The translations under genes were made by a program, and so were the position numbers. Shown piece by piece: positions 10,251 through 20,268 of a stretch of DNA of 64,000 nt (positions are counted from its first letter, which is position 1; each line of letters begins with the position of its first letter). Origin of the DNA: an uncultured delta proteobacterium (GTDB lineage Bacteria > Desulfobacterota > Desulfobacteria > Desulfobacterales > Desulfatirhabdiaceae); contig CAWBKP010000012.1 in the NCBI GenBank assembly GCA_963789395.1, positions 96,001 to 160,000 on the forward strand, given 5' to 3'. Below the pieces are notes generated by a model. It saw only the letters and a program-made list of their open reading frames with translations. It searched no databases and was not told where the DNA came from.

Positions 10251-11059
10251 ATCTGCCCGTGGCAGGGCGGCATGGAGTTGTACACCCAGTCGATATCGAC
10301 GGTGCCGACTTCCGTAAAACGGGATGTTGTAAACCCGTTGAATGTTCCCCGGATCAGGACATCCTCCATTTTCATGGTCATGGCAAAAACCGCGACAGTC
10401 GTTCCTTTGGGGATTTTTTTCAGTTCATTGCCGTAGGCTCCGGCGGAAAAAACCACCCGGCGGCTGTCTGCTGCCTGGCACTGGAGGACCGGTATGATGA
10501 CCGGGAACCCGTCATCCGGAATCCATGCGATGAATTTTAAAGCGTCCAGCCGGTTGAACATCGTTTCCGCAAAGGGCTTGAGGATTCTTTCCGGGTCGGC
10601 GGTTTTCAGACCTCCCTTGGCAAGCCGGGTCAGAAGCGATGCCAGGATGATCCGGCCCAGCGGCAACCCTTCCTGCCCGGATGTTTCCACAAGATCGAGA
10701 TAGTGAACCGTGTGGATGCCGAAATAGGCATTATACCGGAACATGGGCAGATTGTTGTAGGCCTCGAATTCCGGGCCTTCTTTTCTCAGATGGGTCCATG
10801 CGGCCTTTCCCCGCCACAGCTTCCGGTCCAGGGTCATGATTAAAAAACCGATATTGCGGCGGTTTTGAATGTACTGTTTGCTGTTTCCCTTGCAGAACTC
10901 GCCAAGGGTTACCGTTGCAGGGCCGGCCGCCTGAATGGAGGTGATCAGGGAGATGTGGGGGAGTCCTTCGGGGCTTATGGATGCCACCAGACCGATTTTT
11001 TCTTCAGGCTTAAAGGCGTTGATTTCAGTTTCCGTAAATGTTTTCCGGGTATCGGACAT
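10211..11059 (-). CDS. Pyridoxamine 5'-phosphate oxidase-like (FMN split-barrel) protein with two tandem domains
   Basis: Two repeats of the split-barrel start motif: KIGLVASISPEGLPHIS and LKFIAWIPDDGFPVII. Confidence 0.6.
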   Translation of the reverse strand: MSDTRKTFTETEINAFKPEEKIGLVASISPEGLPHISLITSIQAAGPATVTLGEFCKGNSKQYIQNRRNIGFLIMTLDRKLWRGKAAWTHLRKEGPEFEAYNNLPMFRYNAYFGIHTVHYLDLVETSGQEGLPLGRIILASLLTRLAKGGLKTADPERILKPFAETMFNRLDALKFIAWIPDDGFPVIIPVLQCQAADSRRVVFSAGAYGNELKKIPKGTTVAVFAMTMKMEDVLIRGTFNGFTTSRFTEVGTVDIDWVYNSMPPCHGQIYPEIPLTPVVEF

Positions 11060-11079
11060 GGCTGTCAGGGCGCTCCTTT

Positions 11080-12078
11080 TCAGTTTGCGGTGGCACGGCT
11101 TTCCCGGGACGGGTTTTCTTCAATGCGCGTGGAACCGCTCCAAACGACGATATCGGGGTTGACGCCCGATTTTCCGGCGATTCGGGCAAATTCTTCCATG
11201 GATTCTTTTGGAAGCAGCAATTCATCCCGGAGGGCCCAGTCTTTGCCCAGACGAAGGTATTTATCCTTGCAGAGATTGTTGAAGGCGCACAGCTCCCAGC
11301 GGCTGACGACATCCCCCAGGTTTTTCGCGATAAACCGCCCGATTCCGGCAATATTATCCGCGCGGGCGGTCATGCCCGGGATCACGGGGGTTCTGATCCA
11401 GAGTGCTGTCGGGTAAAGATGGCTTCTGATGGTTTCCGCCACAATCAGGAGATTTTCCAGAATCCTGTCATTGTGCTCCCCGGTGAATTTTTTATGGTTT
11501 TCGGTTTCAATTTCCTTTAAATCATAGAGCACCAGGGAAGAGTAGGGGAGAAGCGCTTTGATTGCCTCGGTTCCGCACAGGCCGCAGGTGTCCAGCACCG
11601 TATGGATGCCTTCTTCCCTCAGGGATTTGAAAAATATCGCAACAAATGCGGCCTGCATTCCGGGTTCGCCGCCGGAGGCGGTAATGCCGCCGCCTGATTT
11701 TTCAAAATAGGCCCTGTCCTTGACAACCTCGTGGGTCAGGTCGTCAAGGGTCCACTCTTTTCCCAGAAGTTCCATGGCTGCCGCAGGGCAGGCTTCGGCG
11801 CATGCCCCGCACCCCGTGCAGGCCGGGCGGTTGATTGTAACACCTGTTTCCGTAAATGAAAGCGCGCCGGACGGGCACGCATCCAGGCATGTTTTACACC
11901 CCAGGCATCTGGAGCCGATCCAGTGAACCTGAGGCAGCATGGAAATACTTTCCGGGTTGTGGCACCATCGGCAGTTGAGGCTGCAGCCTTTGAAAAAGAC
12001 GGTGGTGCGGATTCCCGGGCCGTCTTCCGTGGACATCCGCTGAATATCCAGGATTCTTGCCGTGGGTTTATAATCCAC
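11080..12078 (-). CDS. Glycyl-radical enzyme activating protein (radical SAM with 2x[4Fe-4S] insert)
   Basis: DGPGIRTTVFFKGCSLNCRWCHNPES, CLGCKTCLDACP, CTGCGACAEACP, GITASGGEP; GTG start at 12078 overlaps the GRE 3' end. Confidence 0.92.
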   Translation of the reverse strand: MDYKPTARILDIQRMSTEDGPGIRTTVFFKGCSLNCRWCHNPESISMLPQVHWIGSRCLGCKTCLDACPSGALSFTETGVTINRPACTGCGACAEACPAAAMELLGKEWTLDDLTHEVVKDRAYFEKSGGGITASGGEPGMQAAFVAIFFKSLREEGIHTVLDTCGLCGTEAIKALLPYSSLVLYDLKEIETENHKKFTGEHNDRILENLLIVAETIRSHLYPTALWIRTPVIPGMTARADNIAGIGRFIAKNLGDVVSRWELCAFNNLCKDKYLRLGKDWALRDELLLPKESMEEFARIAGKSGVNPDIVVWSGSTRIEENPSRESRATAN

Positions 12079-14582
12079 TGTGGCTGATCCGCTGGATGAC
12101 TTCATTCTGCAGCTCCCGCCCGACGGTCGTGAAATAGGCGTTGTAGCCGGTGATCCGAACCAGCAGATGCCGGTAATCCTGCGGATGTTTCTGGGCATCG
12201 ATCAGGGTCTGCGGGTCCAGCATGTTGATCTGAAGCGCGGTGCCGCCGTTTTCGGCATATCCGCGGAGAAACGCCTTGAATTTATCGCGGTGTTCCGGGT
12301 CCCGGATCATCGACGGGTTGAACGTCATGGTGTGGCTGGCGCCGTTGGGCAGCAGGTTCACATAGTCGAGCCAGCAACCGGCGGTGTCCGATCTGCCGCC
12401 CAGGGCTTTACCCACGGAATTGGCGTTGGCTGTCGGCCCGTGGATGTCGGCGCCGTTTGACGGGCAGATCGCGTTGGACAGGAACTGCCCCTTCTTTCGG
12501 CCATCGGCGCTGGCGGCCATGACATACCCGTCGCCTGCCCAGTAGTTCCAGCTCAGCATGCCGGGCCGGAATCTGCGGCCGGTCGACCGGGTGGTGTGCT
12601 TCCAGGTTTCGCTGCACCACAGCTCCATGACCCTTGATGCCATCCGGTCCGCCGCATCGTCATCCCGGCCGTATTTGGGGGCTTTGTTCCGGGCCGTTGC
12701 CTGGAGAATTTCATGCCCCTGCCAGTTGTCTTTCAATGCCCGGATCAATTCGGCCATGGTGCATTTCTTTTTGTCGTAAACCAGGTATTTGATGGCCAGC
12801 AGCGAATCCACAGTGGTGGCGTAGGTGACGGCTTCCAGGGTGGTGTGGCTGATTTCAGCCCCGCCCCGGGTGACATCCAGACCTTTTTCCGCGCACCCTT
12901 TCACCAGGCAGGACAGATAGGGCGTGTTGAAATAGTCTTTCCGGATGGCTTCGGAGCACTCGTACAGCGAAACGCACTGCCGGATGATGAATGCGGTCTG
13001 GACCGCATAGGCATTCCAGAATTCCTCCCAGGTGGTAAACCGGCAGGCATCGCCCGTATCCGGGCCGTCCCGGGTGATTTTATCCGTCCTGCCGGTCATG
13101 GGATTTTTGAAAGGCAGCAGATCTTTTCCGCCGGTCATGGCCAGCTCCACGGCCTTTAACAGATTCAGGTTGCAATCGACGGTTCCGGACCGGTCATTGC
13201 CCGCCATGGTGTTTTCAAGGCATCCCACCGGCGCGTAGTCAAACACATTGTCTTTATGAATCAGGTGGCTGATGCCGGACATCTTTGCCTCCAGCATCAT
13301 GCCGGCCATGGACCGTTCGTCAAAATTGAGCAGAAAGGGCGCGCCCTGGCTGGCGGAGATCATCTCCGTTATTTTGTCCAGCAGCGTATCCGGCGAGTTG
13401 CGGTGCAGCCGGACATTGGGTTTGGGCTCCAGAATGGGGGACATCTCGTCGATCACTTCCAGAATGGCGTAGGTCAGGTCATTGGTCAGATCCTTTCCGC
13501 CCCTGCCCATGCCCGAGAGGGTAATGAGCTGGCCGAATCCGGCGGTAATGCCCTGATTGCCGTTTCGGATCATGGCATCATAGGCGGTGTTGCAGTGAAT
13601 CCAGAAGCACTTCAGGATTTCCTTCCCGAATTCCCGGTTCATGCCCGTTTTGAGGGATTCCTCCCAGTAGGGCAGCAGATACTGGTCGATGCGGCCGAAC
13701 GAGATTCCCGGGCCCGGATAATTCTCATCGCTCATGATCAACATATGCGTGATCCAGAGCGCCTGAACCGCCTGCCAGAAAGTTTTCGGGGGCTCCCACG
13801 GCACCCGGTCCAGGTTTCCGGCCATCTGCAGGAGTTCTTCCCGCCGGATCGGCGCCTTCTCCTGCCCGGCCAGGCTCCGGCAGAGCGCCGCATAACCGGC
13901 TGAAAAATCTCTGGGCATGGTGGCGGCCGTGATCATGGCGCGCAGCTGTGCGCCCTTTTCGCCGCTTTTTTCAGCCGGGCTCAACTGTTCGTACTTTTCG
14001 GTGAGGTCCGCGTGAATGCCTTTCCATCCGATCCGAAGGGCCCTCTCGTGGCCGGGAATCAAATGGCCGCTCGTAGCGCCGGCGTTGCCGTACCCGTGAT
14101 CGTGAAACCGTTTCATCCTGGCCCTGGCACCGTTTTTGCCGGCCGTCAGCCTGTCATATGTTTTCTGCTCTTTTTGCGTCAGGCACAAGGAGGTCTGGAC
14201 ATTGAACCTGGCGCCGGCGATCAGGTCTCCGGGAAGGATTTCCCTGGGAACGTACCTTACCATGGTTTCCCTGACAAACCAGGCCCGCCTCTCCGGCAGG
14301 CTCCAGGACCAGAAGTCCTTGTCCAGCGCAACCGTTCTGGCGGCTTGCCGGTACGAGCTCACCATGGTCTGCATCAGCATATAGGTTTCCGGGACAATAT
14401 AGAACGTCATTTCATTGAACTGGATGTCCCAGGGGGTTCCGGTGGTCCAGGCAGTGAACTCGTTGTTCCATGCCCGTTCGGTTCCCTTGAAATAGTAATC
14501 ACGGAGCCAGGAGATTCTGCCGGAGAGCTTTTCGGGGTTTTTGATCTCAGGGATTTCTTTTCTTAAAGCCGATGACGGTCAT
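12068..14582 (-). CDS. Glycyl radical enzyme (PFL2/eliminase-like), substrate unknown; likely 1-bp frameshift near 14575
   Basis: TFWQAVQALW, GRIDQYL, Cys loop VGCLE, PKYGRDD, ADGRKKG, Gly loop LLVRITGYNAYF; the frame stays open upstream of 14410 to about 14578, next to an ATG at 14582 with an AAGGAG RBS. Confidence 0.9.
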
Positions 14583-14759
14583 GGGCAGCTCCTTGTCCGG
14601 TGGTGATTTCTGTTAAATATGTATTCCATGGACGAACAAGCAGTATGTCGCGTGGATGCGGCGTGCGTGAAGGGATGTGTGTAACCCGCAAACCGTCCAA
14701 CGGCTTTCTTGGGACATCTTCAGATATTTCAGATTTTGCGAAATGTCTGGTGCGTCCTG

Positions 14760-16223
14760 TCAGGGCTTCCGTTTCCAGTTTCCGGAAATTTCACCGCCGT
14801 GGCTCCAACTGCCGGAAACGGTGATAGCACCGTCGACGATCCGGCCGAGCAGGATAGCCTCTACAGGCTTGCCTTTCGGTGTCCAGCCCTCAAGGTTCAA
14901 CTTGACAGAGCCGTCGTCGGCGATGGTTCCATGAGCCTTTGCCGGCTGTTGTGATTTGCTGATCCAGACACCTTCGGCGATTCCGTTACGTACTACCAGC
15001 TTGACCCGCCAGCAGGCCGGCTCATTTTCTCCAGGTCGTGTGAATAAGTTGCACAGTCGTCCGCCGTAGTTTCCGTCATGAGACGTCTCAATTTTCGACG
15101 CATCTTTTGTGATGCCGGCTGCCGATTGCTGACTTGCAGCAGCCCGCTTTTCTGCCTCGATTCGCTTGCGTTCCTGCTCGATCTGCTTTCGCTCCTCCTG
15201 AGCGCGTCGCAACGCTTCGTCAGCAGCCTGTTGTTTGGCGGCTTCCGCAGCCGCTTTTTCCGCCTTGAGCTGCTTGCGTTCCTGATCGAGCTGCTTCCGT
15301 TCCTCCTGTGCCCGGCGCAACGCTTCGTCGGCAGCCTGTTGTTTGGCGGCTTCCGCAGTCCGCTTTTCCGCCTCGATCAGCTTTCGATCCTGCTCGACCC
15401 GGTTGCGTTCCTCCTGCACGCGGCGTAGCTCCTCTTCGGCCGCCAGTTTCTGGGCCTGCAGCTGCATTTCGCGTTTTGCCTCATCTGCAGCCTGCCGTGC
15501 CTGCTCGGCAGCCTGTTTCTGCGCCGCCAATCTATCTTCGGCCTGGCGTTGTTCGTTGCGGTGCGCCTCGTACTGCCGGTAGCCCCAGAAGCTGGCGGCA
15601 GTGATTGCCAGAACCGCCGCAGTGACCGCCGCCACTATGCGCCATCCTGTCCGGCGCGCATGGGTGACTGCGACCGAGCCTTCTTTGAGGGTGTATGTGC
15701 GGACGGGCTTGGCGATATTCTTATATGTCTGTTCGCCCAGCAGCTTGAAGTCGAGTGACAGCTTGTTCAGGATCTGGTCGTGCACGCTGCCTGATATGCA
15801 GATCCCGCCGGGCGCGGTCGCAGTTTGGATTCGCGCCGCTATGTTTACGCCGTCACCGAGTAAATCGCCGCCCTGTATGATGACGTCTCCCAGGTTGATG
15901 CCCATGCGGAAAAGCATCTTCTCTTCAGGTGCGAGATGTTCGTTGCGCGTTCGCAGCGCAGCCTGGATTTCGGTGGCGCAGCGAACAGCCTCGACCGGGC
16001 TGTTGAATTCCGCCAGGAGTGCATCACCGGCCGTATTGAAGATCCTTCCGCGGTGCAGCTTGACCAGCGACTCGAAGATTTCCCGGTGGCCGCGAAACAC
16101 ATGCACCGTACGCTCTTCGTTTGCGGCCATCATCTTGCTGTAGCTGGCAACGTCGGCGCACAGAATCGTTGCGAGTCGCCGTTCGAGAGGCTGCGTACTT
16201 TGTGGTGTGGATTCATCGGGCAT
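14760..16223 (-). CDS. Class III adenylate/guanylate cyclase with TM helix, coiled-coil repeats and unknown C-terminal domain
   Basis: ILCADVASYS, AGDALLAEF, FRMGINLGDV, GDGVNIAARIQ, YKNI; hydrophobic IVAAVTAAVLAITAASFW. Confidence 0.85.
   Translation of the reverse strand: MPDESTPQSTQPLERRLATILCADVASYSKMMAANEERTVHVFRGHREIFESLVKLHRGRIFNTAGDALLAEFNSPVEAVRCATEIQAALRTRNEHLAPEEKMLFRMGINLGDVIIQGGDLLGDGVNIAARIQTATAPGGICISGSVHDQILNKLSLDFKLLGEQTYKNIAKPVRTYTLKEGSVAVTHARRTGWRIVAAVTAAVLAITAASFWGYRQYEAHRNEQRQAEDRLAAQKQAAEQARQAADEAKREMQLQAQKLAAEEELRRVQEERNRVEQDRKLIEAEKRTAEAAKQQAADEALRRAQEERKQLDQERKQLKAEKAAAEAAKQQAADEALRRAQEERKQIEQERKRIEAEKRAAASQQSAAGITKDASKIETSHDGNYGGRLCNLFTRPGENEPACWRVKLVVRNGIAEGVWISKSQQPAKAHGTIADDGSVKLNLEGWTPKGKPVEAILLGRIVDGAITVSGSWSHGGEISGNWKRKP
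15135..15455 (-). repeat. Three tandem 108-bp (36-aa) coding repeats in the cyclase coiled coil
   Basis: cgcaacgcttcgtc recurs at 15208 and 15316; QQAADEALRRAQEERKQ occurs twice, plus KLAAEEELRRVQEERNR. Confidence 0.85.
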
Positions 16224-16295
16224 GGTGTATTCCCGAATACGGCTCAATGAAAGGGTTCGATTTTGATTGAAACGTTCGTATCGTTATGTTTTTAA

Positions 16296-16324
16296 ACTAT
16301 AGGGGGGCTGAAATTGCTTGTCAA
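16296..16324 (-). promoter_or_regulatory. Sigma70-type promoter of the cyclase gene
   Basis: Minus strand TTGACA-17 nt-TATAGT. Confidence 0.65.
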
Positions 16325-16327
16325 GGG

Positions 16328-16534
16328 CTATCCGCGTTCACTCCTCCTGTCGTGTTTGACGTGTTCTGGAAACCCATAGGATTGCCTTCCCCGCAACATG
16401 TTCGGCCCTTTGGACGGTTTCTCACGGTTCCGCCCTTGCCTTTGGTTAGTATTTGTGTCAATGATAGTTCCCTGACAGGACTCACATACAGGGGACTTTC
16501 ACCCCATAAGTTCACGCCCGTGCCGGGCATACAC
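16328..16534 (-). mobile_element. Group II intron (class IIC-like) 5' remnant, internally deleted, no RT ORF
   Basis: Minus strand GTGTATGCCCGGCACGGGCGTGAACTTATGGGGTGAAAGTCCCCTGT...ACTAACCAAAGGCAAGGG...CCGTGAG resembles IIC domain I, then AAGGGCCGAACATG resembles the DIII/DIV junction. Confidence 0.7.
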
Positions 16535-18538
16535 ATGAACATCCGGGAAGGCATATTGAAGAGTCAAAGAAGATTGGACAATCGCTCTTTCAGAGGCCTG
16601 TTGCAGTCCGGGGACGGTGTCATTACAAAGGTTACGAAAGCAAACCGGCATACCATTTCCTTTCAAGTCGCCTTTGAACTGACCAATATTTTTATCGACC
16701 GGTTGAAGCACCAGGCGGAACATCTTGTTTTCAGTGAGCGGTCCCGGATCGCTCGTCTTGGCGTCAATATCCTGGGCGATGCCCCGAATCCGGATCGCTT
16801 GGAAGGAACAACGCTGCTCCTCGATCTTCAGGCATCCGCGGTCATTCAGGGGTATCCCGGCCTGGATGTCTTAAAAGACCTCTTTACTGCGGGACTCCCT
16901 GTAGGAAGGCTGGTTTATCTGAATCCCGATGCACTTCTCACCTCCGAGGAAGTACTATCGGCGATCAACCGGGCGGCGATCAAACTGCCGGCATCCACCA
17001 CCATCTCCAGCGACGGAAGCATCCTCATTTCCCCGCACAAAGTCGTCTGCAGCCTGAAACCTGGTCTCGACAAAGAAGCGCTTCGACGCATTCTCTACCG
17101 GGAAGACGGAAGGGAAATCCTGAACCGGCTCCAGAATCGCGAACCGGTTCATGCCGTCACCATCGAGCCTGGAAAAGGCGTGATCACCACCTGTTCCATG
17201 TATCTAAACGAGCACTATGTCGCCCTGCAAAGCGGTCTTGCCTTGGGAAAACACCTGTCGGCAACCATTCTGGACCCGATAAAAACAAGAGGAATCCGCA
17301 TCTTTCTTGAGATCGTCAACGGCAGTGAACACCCCATCGTCAATCCCCTGATTTCCGCAAAAATATACTGTGTCCCGAAAATGGAAAAAAGATCCGCATC
17401 CAAGATATCGGTCCATGGGACAGTGCTTTATTCATACAATCAGATGCGGGGTCTTGAAAAGCGTCTTGACATCCAACCGGCAGGCACCTGTCATTACCTC
17501 GACAGGCCGATGGCTGTTATGGCCAACAGGCCCGGTACCCTTGCCGGAGCAAATATCTTCATGAACGGTCCGCCCCAAGACTGCAAGGTTTCAGACGCTG
17601 TGTGCGTGACCGCACGGAGAAATTATTCCATTAAAAGCCCCTGCACCCACAACTACAGCACCGCGAGTATAAAAAATGCTTTGGCCGGGAGCCCCGGGAT
17701 CATTGCCTTGAAATACTTCCCGAACCTACTGGAACATCGGGATATCATCAATCTGGCTGCGGAAGGGCTTCTCTTTGCGCTCTATTTTTTTGAAGCCTCC
17801 CGGGAGCATGGCCCGTATCTCTCGGAACAGGACCACAGCCGCCTTAAGGAGTATCAGGCGTTTGGACTGGACACCTACTGGGTATCCAATGTAAACAAAC
17901 GGTTGATGGTGCACACCATGCGGGACGGCATGGGATACTTTGTGATGCCCGAGCGCCTGGCTGATTTTCATAAATCGATGCTTTTCGCTTTTTACGGCTC
18001 CAACAAGGCGCTTTCCGGAACCGGCTACGAACGTCTGGGCCGGCTCATGGATGCCCTTGTGGCTTTCTGGGGCAAGCGAATCGGCATCGTTACCGGCGGT
18101 GGCAGCGGCGTCATGGAGCAGGTGAATACCCTCGCCCGCCAGCGCGGCGTTCTTTCCGGCGCCAATTATCTGGACATCACCGACCAGTCCATGACCACAG
18201 ATGTTGATTTCTGCCAGGTCTTTCAGTCCACCTGCCGGCACAGCCGGCAAAAATGGTTTGAGATCGCCTCGTTTCCCATTTTTAATGTTGGCGGATTGGG
18301 GTCCCTTGAAGAACTTGGCATCACGCTTTGCAACATGAAACTCTCCATCATGGAGCCGGTACCGGTGATTCTGTTTGACACCGAAGGGAGCGGCTCCTTC
18401 TGGTCCGGAATGGAAACTCAGATTCGCGAAATGATCCGCAGGGGAAGGGCGCCGGAATGGGTGGGCGATAATATCGTCATTACCGATAATCCGGCCAAAG
18501 TCATCGACGCCTATCGAAGCAGGCTGCACCTTTTTTAA
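16535..18538 (+). CDS. Large protein with C-terminal LOG (lysine decarboxylase-like/SLOG) domain and about 480 aa of uncharacterised N-terminus
   Basis: FAFYGS, IVTGGGSGVME, VGGLGSLEEL (PGGxGTxxE-like), PVILF..FW; the first 83 aa of ORF 16286 are intron antisense and were removed. Confidence 0.7.
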   Translation: MNIREGILKSQRRLDNRSFRGLLQSGDGVITKVTKANRHTISFQVAFELTNIFIDRLKHQAEHLVFSERSRIARLGVNILGDAPNPDRLEGTTLLLDLQASAVIQGYPGLDVLKDLFTAGLPVGRLVYLNPDALLTSEEVLSAINRAAIKLPASTTISSDGSILISPHKVVCSLKPGLDKEALRRILYREDGREILNRLQNREPVHAVTIEPGKGVITTCSMYLNEHYVALQSGLALGKHLSATILDPIKTRGIRIFLEIVNGSEHPIVNPLISAKIYCVPKMEKRSASKISVHGTVLYSYNQMRGLEKRLDIQPAGTCHYLDRPMAVMANRPGTLAGANIFMNGPPQDCKVSDAVCVTARRNYSIKSPCTHNYSTASIKNALAGSPGIIALKYFPNLLEHRDIINLAAEGLLFALYFFEASREHGPYLSEQDHSRLKEYQAFGLDTYWVSNVNKRLMVHTMRDGMGYFVMPERLADFHKSMLFAFYGSNKALSGTGYERLGRLMDALVAFWGKRIGIVTGGGSGVMEQVNTLARQRGVLSGANYLDITDQSMTTDVDFCQVFQSTCRHSRQKWFEIASFPIFNVGGLGSLEELGITLCNMKLSIMEPVPVILFDTEGSGSFWSGMETQIREMIRRGRAPEWVGDNIVITDNPAKVIDAYRSRLHLF

Positions 18539-18615
18539 GAGAGGTCAGCTCCTTAACTTGACAAAAGAAACATTCAACATCCAGAAATTGTCAAGGCAAA
18601 GAGTTTCCCCCTCTT
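18537..18615. repeat. Imperfect inverted repeat with 28-bp arms (REP-like hairpin)
   Basis: aagagaggtcagctccttaacttgacaa ... ttgtcaaggcaaagagtttccccctctt. Confidence 0.55.
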
Positions 18616-18781
18616 ATTGCTTTAATGCAGAAAAGACATGATAAAATGGCTATATTCTGTATTTATGACGTCGTTATAAGGGCCAAAAGTGACTTATAAA
18701 AGATTATCCAACAAAAACATGCTGCGAAAATGCCGCAGATGTTATCATTATCTGAGAAAGTCGTATAGGGAATAGTAAATT

Positions 18782-19413
18782 ATGGAAGTAAACTTGATGG
18801 ATTTGGAACCCAGACATGCCCATGATCTCCTTACCAGTGCCATCATACCCAGGCCTATTGCATGGGTATCCTCTGATAATAACCATGGCCAAGCCAATCT
18901 GGCTCCATTCAGTTTCTTCACTGGCCTATCGTGGTCACCTCCTATCCTTGCATTTTCAGTAGTCAACCGGTCAGACGGGACCATGAAAGACACGGCGAGA
19001 AACATCCGAGAGGTTCCGGAGTTCGTTGTAAACGTCTTCTCGGTACCTCTTCTCTCCACCATGGAATATAGCGCAAAGCCAATACCTTACGGAACCGATG
19101 AGACTTTAATAGCAGATATATTCATTGGCTACCTTCGAAAATGATAAAGCCGAATCGAATTCAGGAGGCTGGAATTGCAGTTGAATGTACTCTGGAACGC
19201 ATCGTTAACGTGAGCGAAGGCCCCAATGCCGGAAATTTGATTCTTGGGCGAATATAGCTCGTCCATGTGAGAGACGATCTGCTAAAGAACGGAAGAGAGG
19301 TTGATTGGCTGAGTCTGGACGTTCTTGGCCGGCTTAGCGGCAACCGATATTGCGCCGTGCGAACGGTTATCGAAAGCGAAACAAACGAGAAGAGAGATAA
19401 CAATGGAAGTTAA
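18782..19413 (+). pseudogene. Flavin reductase-like (DIM6/NTAB) protein, with a frameshift near 19125 and an in-frame TAG near 19255
   Basis: IIPRPIAWVSS, NLAPFSFF, KDTARNI, EFVVN; continues in another frame as PNRIQEAGIAVECTL..LILGRI*LVHV..LGRLSGNRY. Confidence 0.75.
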
Positions 19414-20215
19414 ACAGGTAAAACTAATCTATTTTTCACCCACTGGAACCACACAAAAAGTATTGGAAAGTATTGCCAAAGGTATCACTTCTGAAGATGT
19501 CGGGCATATTAATCTGACACTTCCGGAAGGCGTTCAGCAAAGAATTCCACCCTTTTCAGATGAACTCGTAATTATCGGTGCACCTGTTTACGGTGGTCGT
19601 CTGCCGGTTGATGCAATCAATCGATTCAAACAGCTGAAAGCAGGCAAAACCTTAGCGATTCTCGTAGTTGTATATGGGAACCGGGAGTTTGAGGATGCAT
19701 TATTGGAATTGAAAAATCTTGCAATTGCGTTAGGCTTCAATCCGATTGCCGGCGGTGCATTCATCGGGGAGCACTCTTTTGCAACAAAGGATGTCCCCAT
19801 CGCAAATGGACGTCCGGATAGCCTGGACCTTCAAAAGGCAATGGATTTTGGAGCAAAACTTAAAGATAAAGTCGCAGTGTTACAATCACCTGATGCCCGA
19901 ATGGATTTGGAAATTCCCGGCAGGTTTCCATATGAAAGCGCCGGAGCGCGATCTATGGCTGTTTCACCCGTGACCAAAGAAGACACATGCACGGTTTGTG
20001 GTACGTGTGCCAGTGTATGTCCGACTGCAGCCATTTCAATTAATGGGAGCGTGGCAACCAAAATCGAGCAGTGCATTCGCTGTTGTGCCTGTATCAAAAA
20101 CTGTCCCACAGGTGCAAGGGTCATGGAAGACAGCAAGTGGAAAAACATTGCCAACTGGTTAAATGAAAATTGCGGTACTCGGAAAGAACCTCAAATTTTT
20201 GGGATTGATGTGTAG
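19403..20215 (+). CDS. Flavodoxin-like + 2x[4Fe-4S] ferredoxin protein (EFR1 family)
   Basis: YFSPTGTT, APVYGG, VYGNR, CTVCGTCASVCP, CIRCCACIKNCP. Confidence 0.85.
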   Translation: MEVKQVKLIYFSPTGTTQKVLESIAKGITSEDVGHINLTLPEGVQQRIPPFSDELVIIGAPVYGGRLPVDAINRFKQLKAGKTLAILVVVYGNREFEDALLELKNLAIALGFNPIAGGAFIGEHSFATKDVPIANGRPDSLDLQKAMDFGAKLKDKVAVLQSPDARMDLEIPGRFPYESAGARSMAVSPVTKEDTCTVCGTCASVCPTAAISINGSVATKIEQCIRCCACIKNCPTGARVMEDSKWKNIANWLNENCGTRKEPQIFGIDV

Positions 20216-20268
20216 AGTCAAATCGTGTCAATTTTCCCCTGAAAATATTCAGATACAATAACGGCGAT

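Noticed and set aside
14690..14760. GTCCAAC as a possible integron attC half-site near the cyclase gene
   Set aside because: No matching partner box, no clear stem and no integrase
15135..15455. Regularly spaced repeats as a CRISPR array
   Set aside because: They are in-frame coding repeats with a 108-bp period, no unique spacers and no cas genes
16286..16534. N-terminal 83 aa of the 750-aa ORF
   Set aside because: It is antisense read-through of the intron remnant and the cyclase promoter
19255..19257. In-frame TAG in the flavin reductase gene as possible pyrrolysine
   Set aside because: The gene is also frameshifted, the position is not a known Pyl site, no pyl genes are in the window, and both methyltransferases lack amber codons
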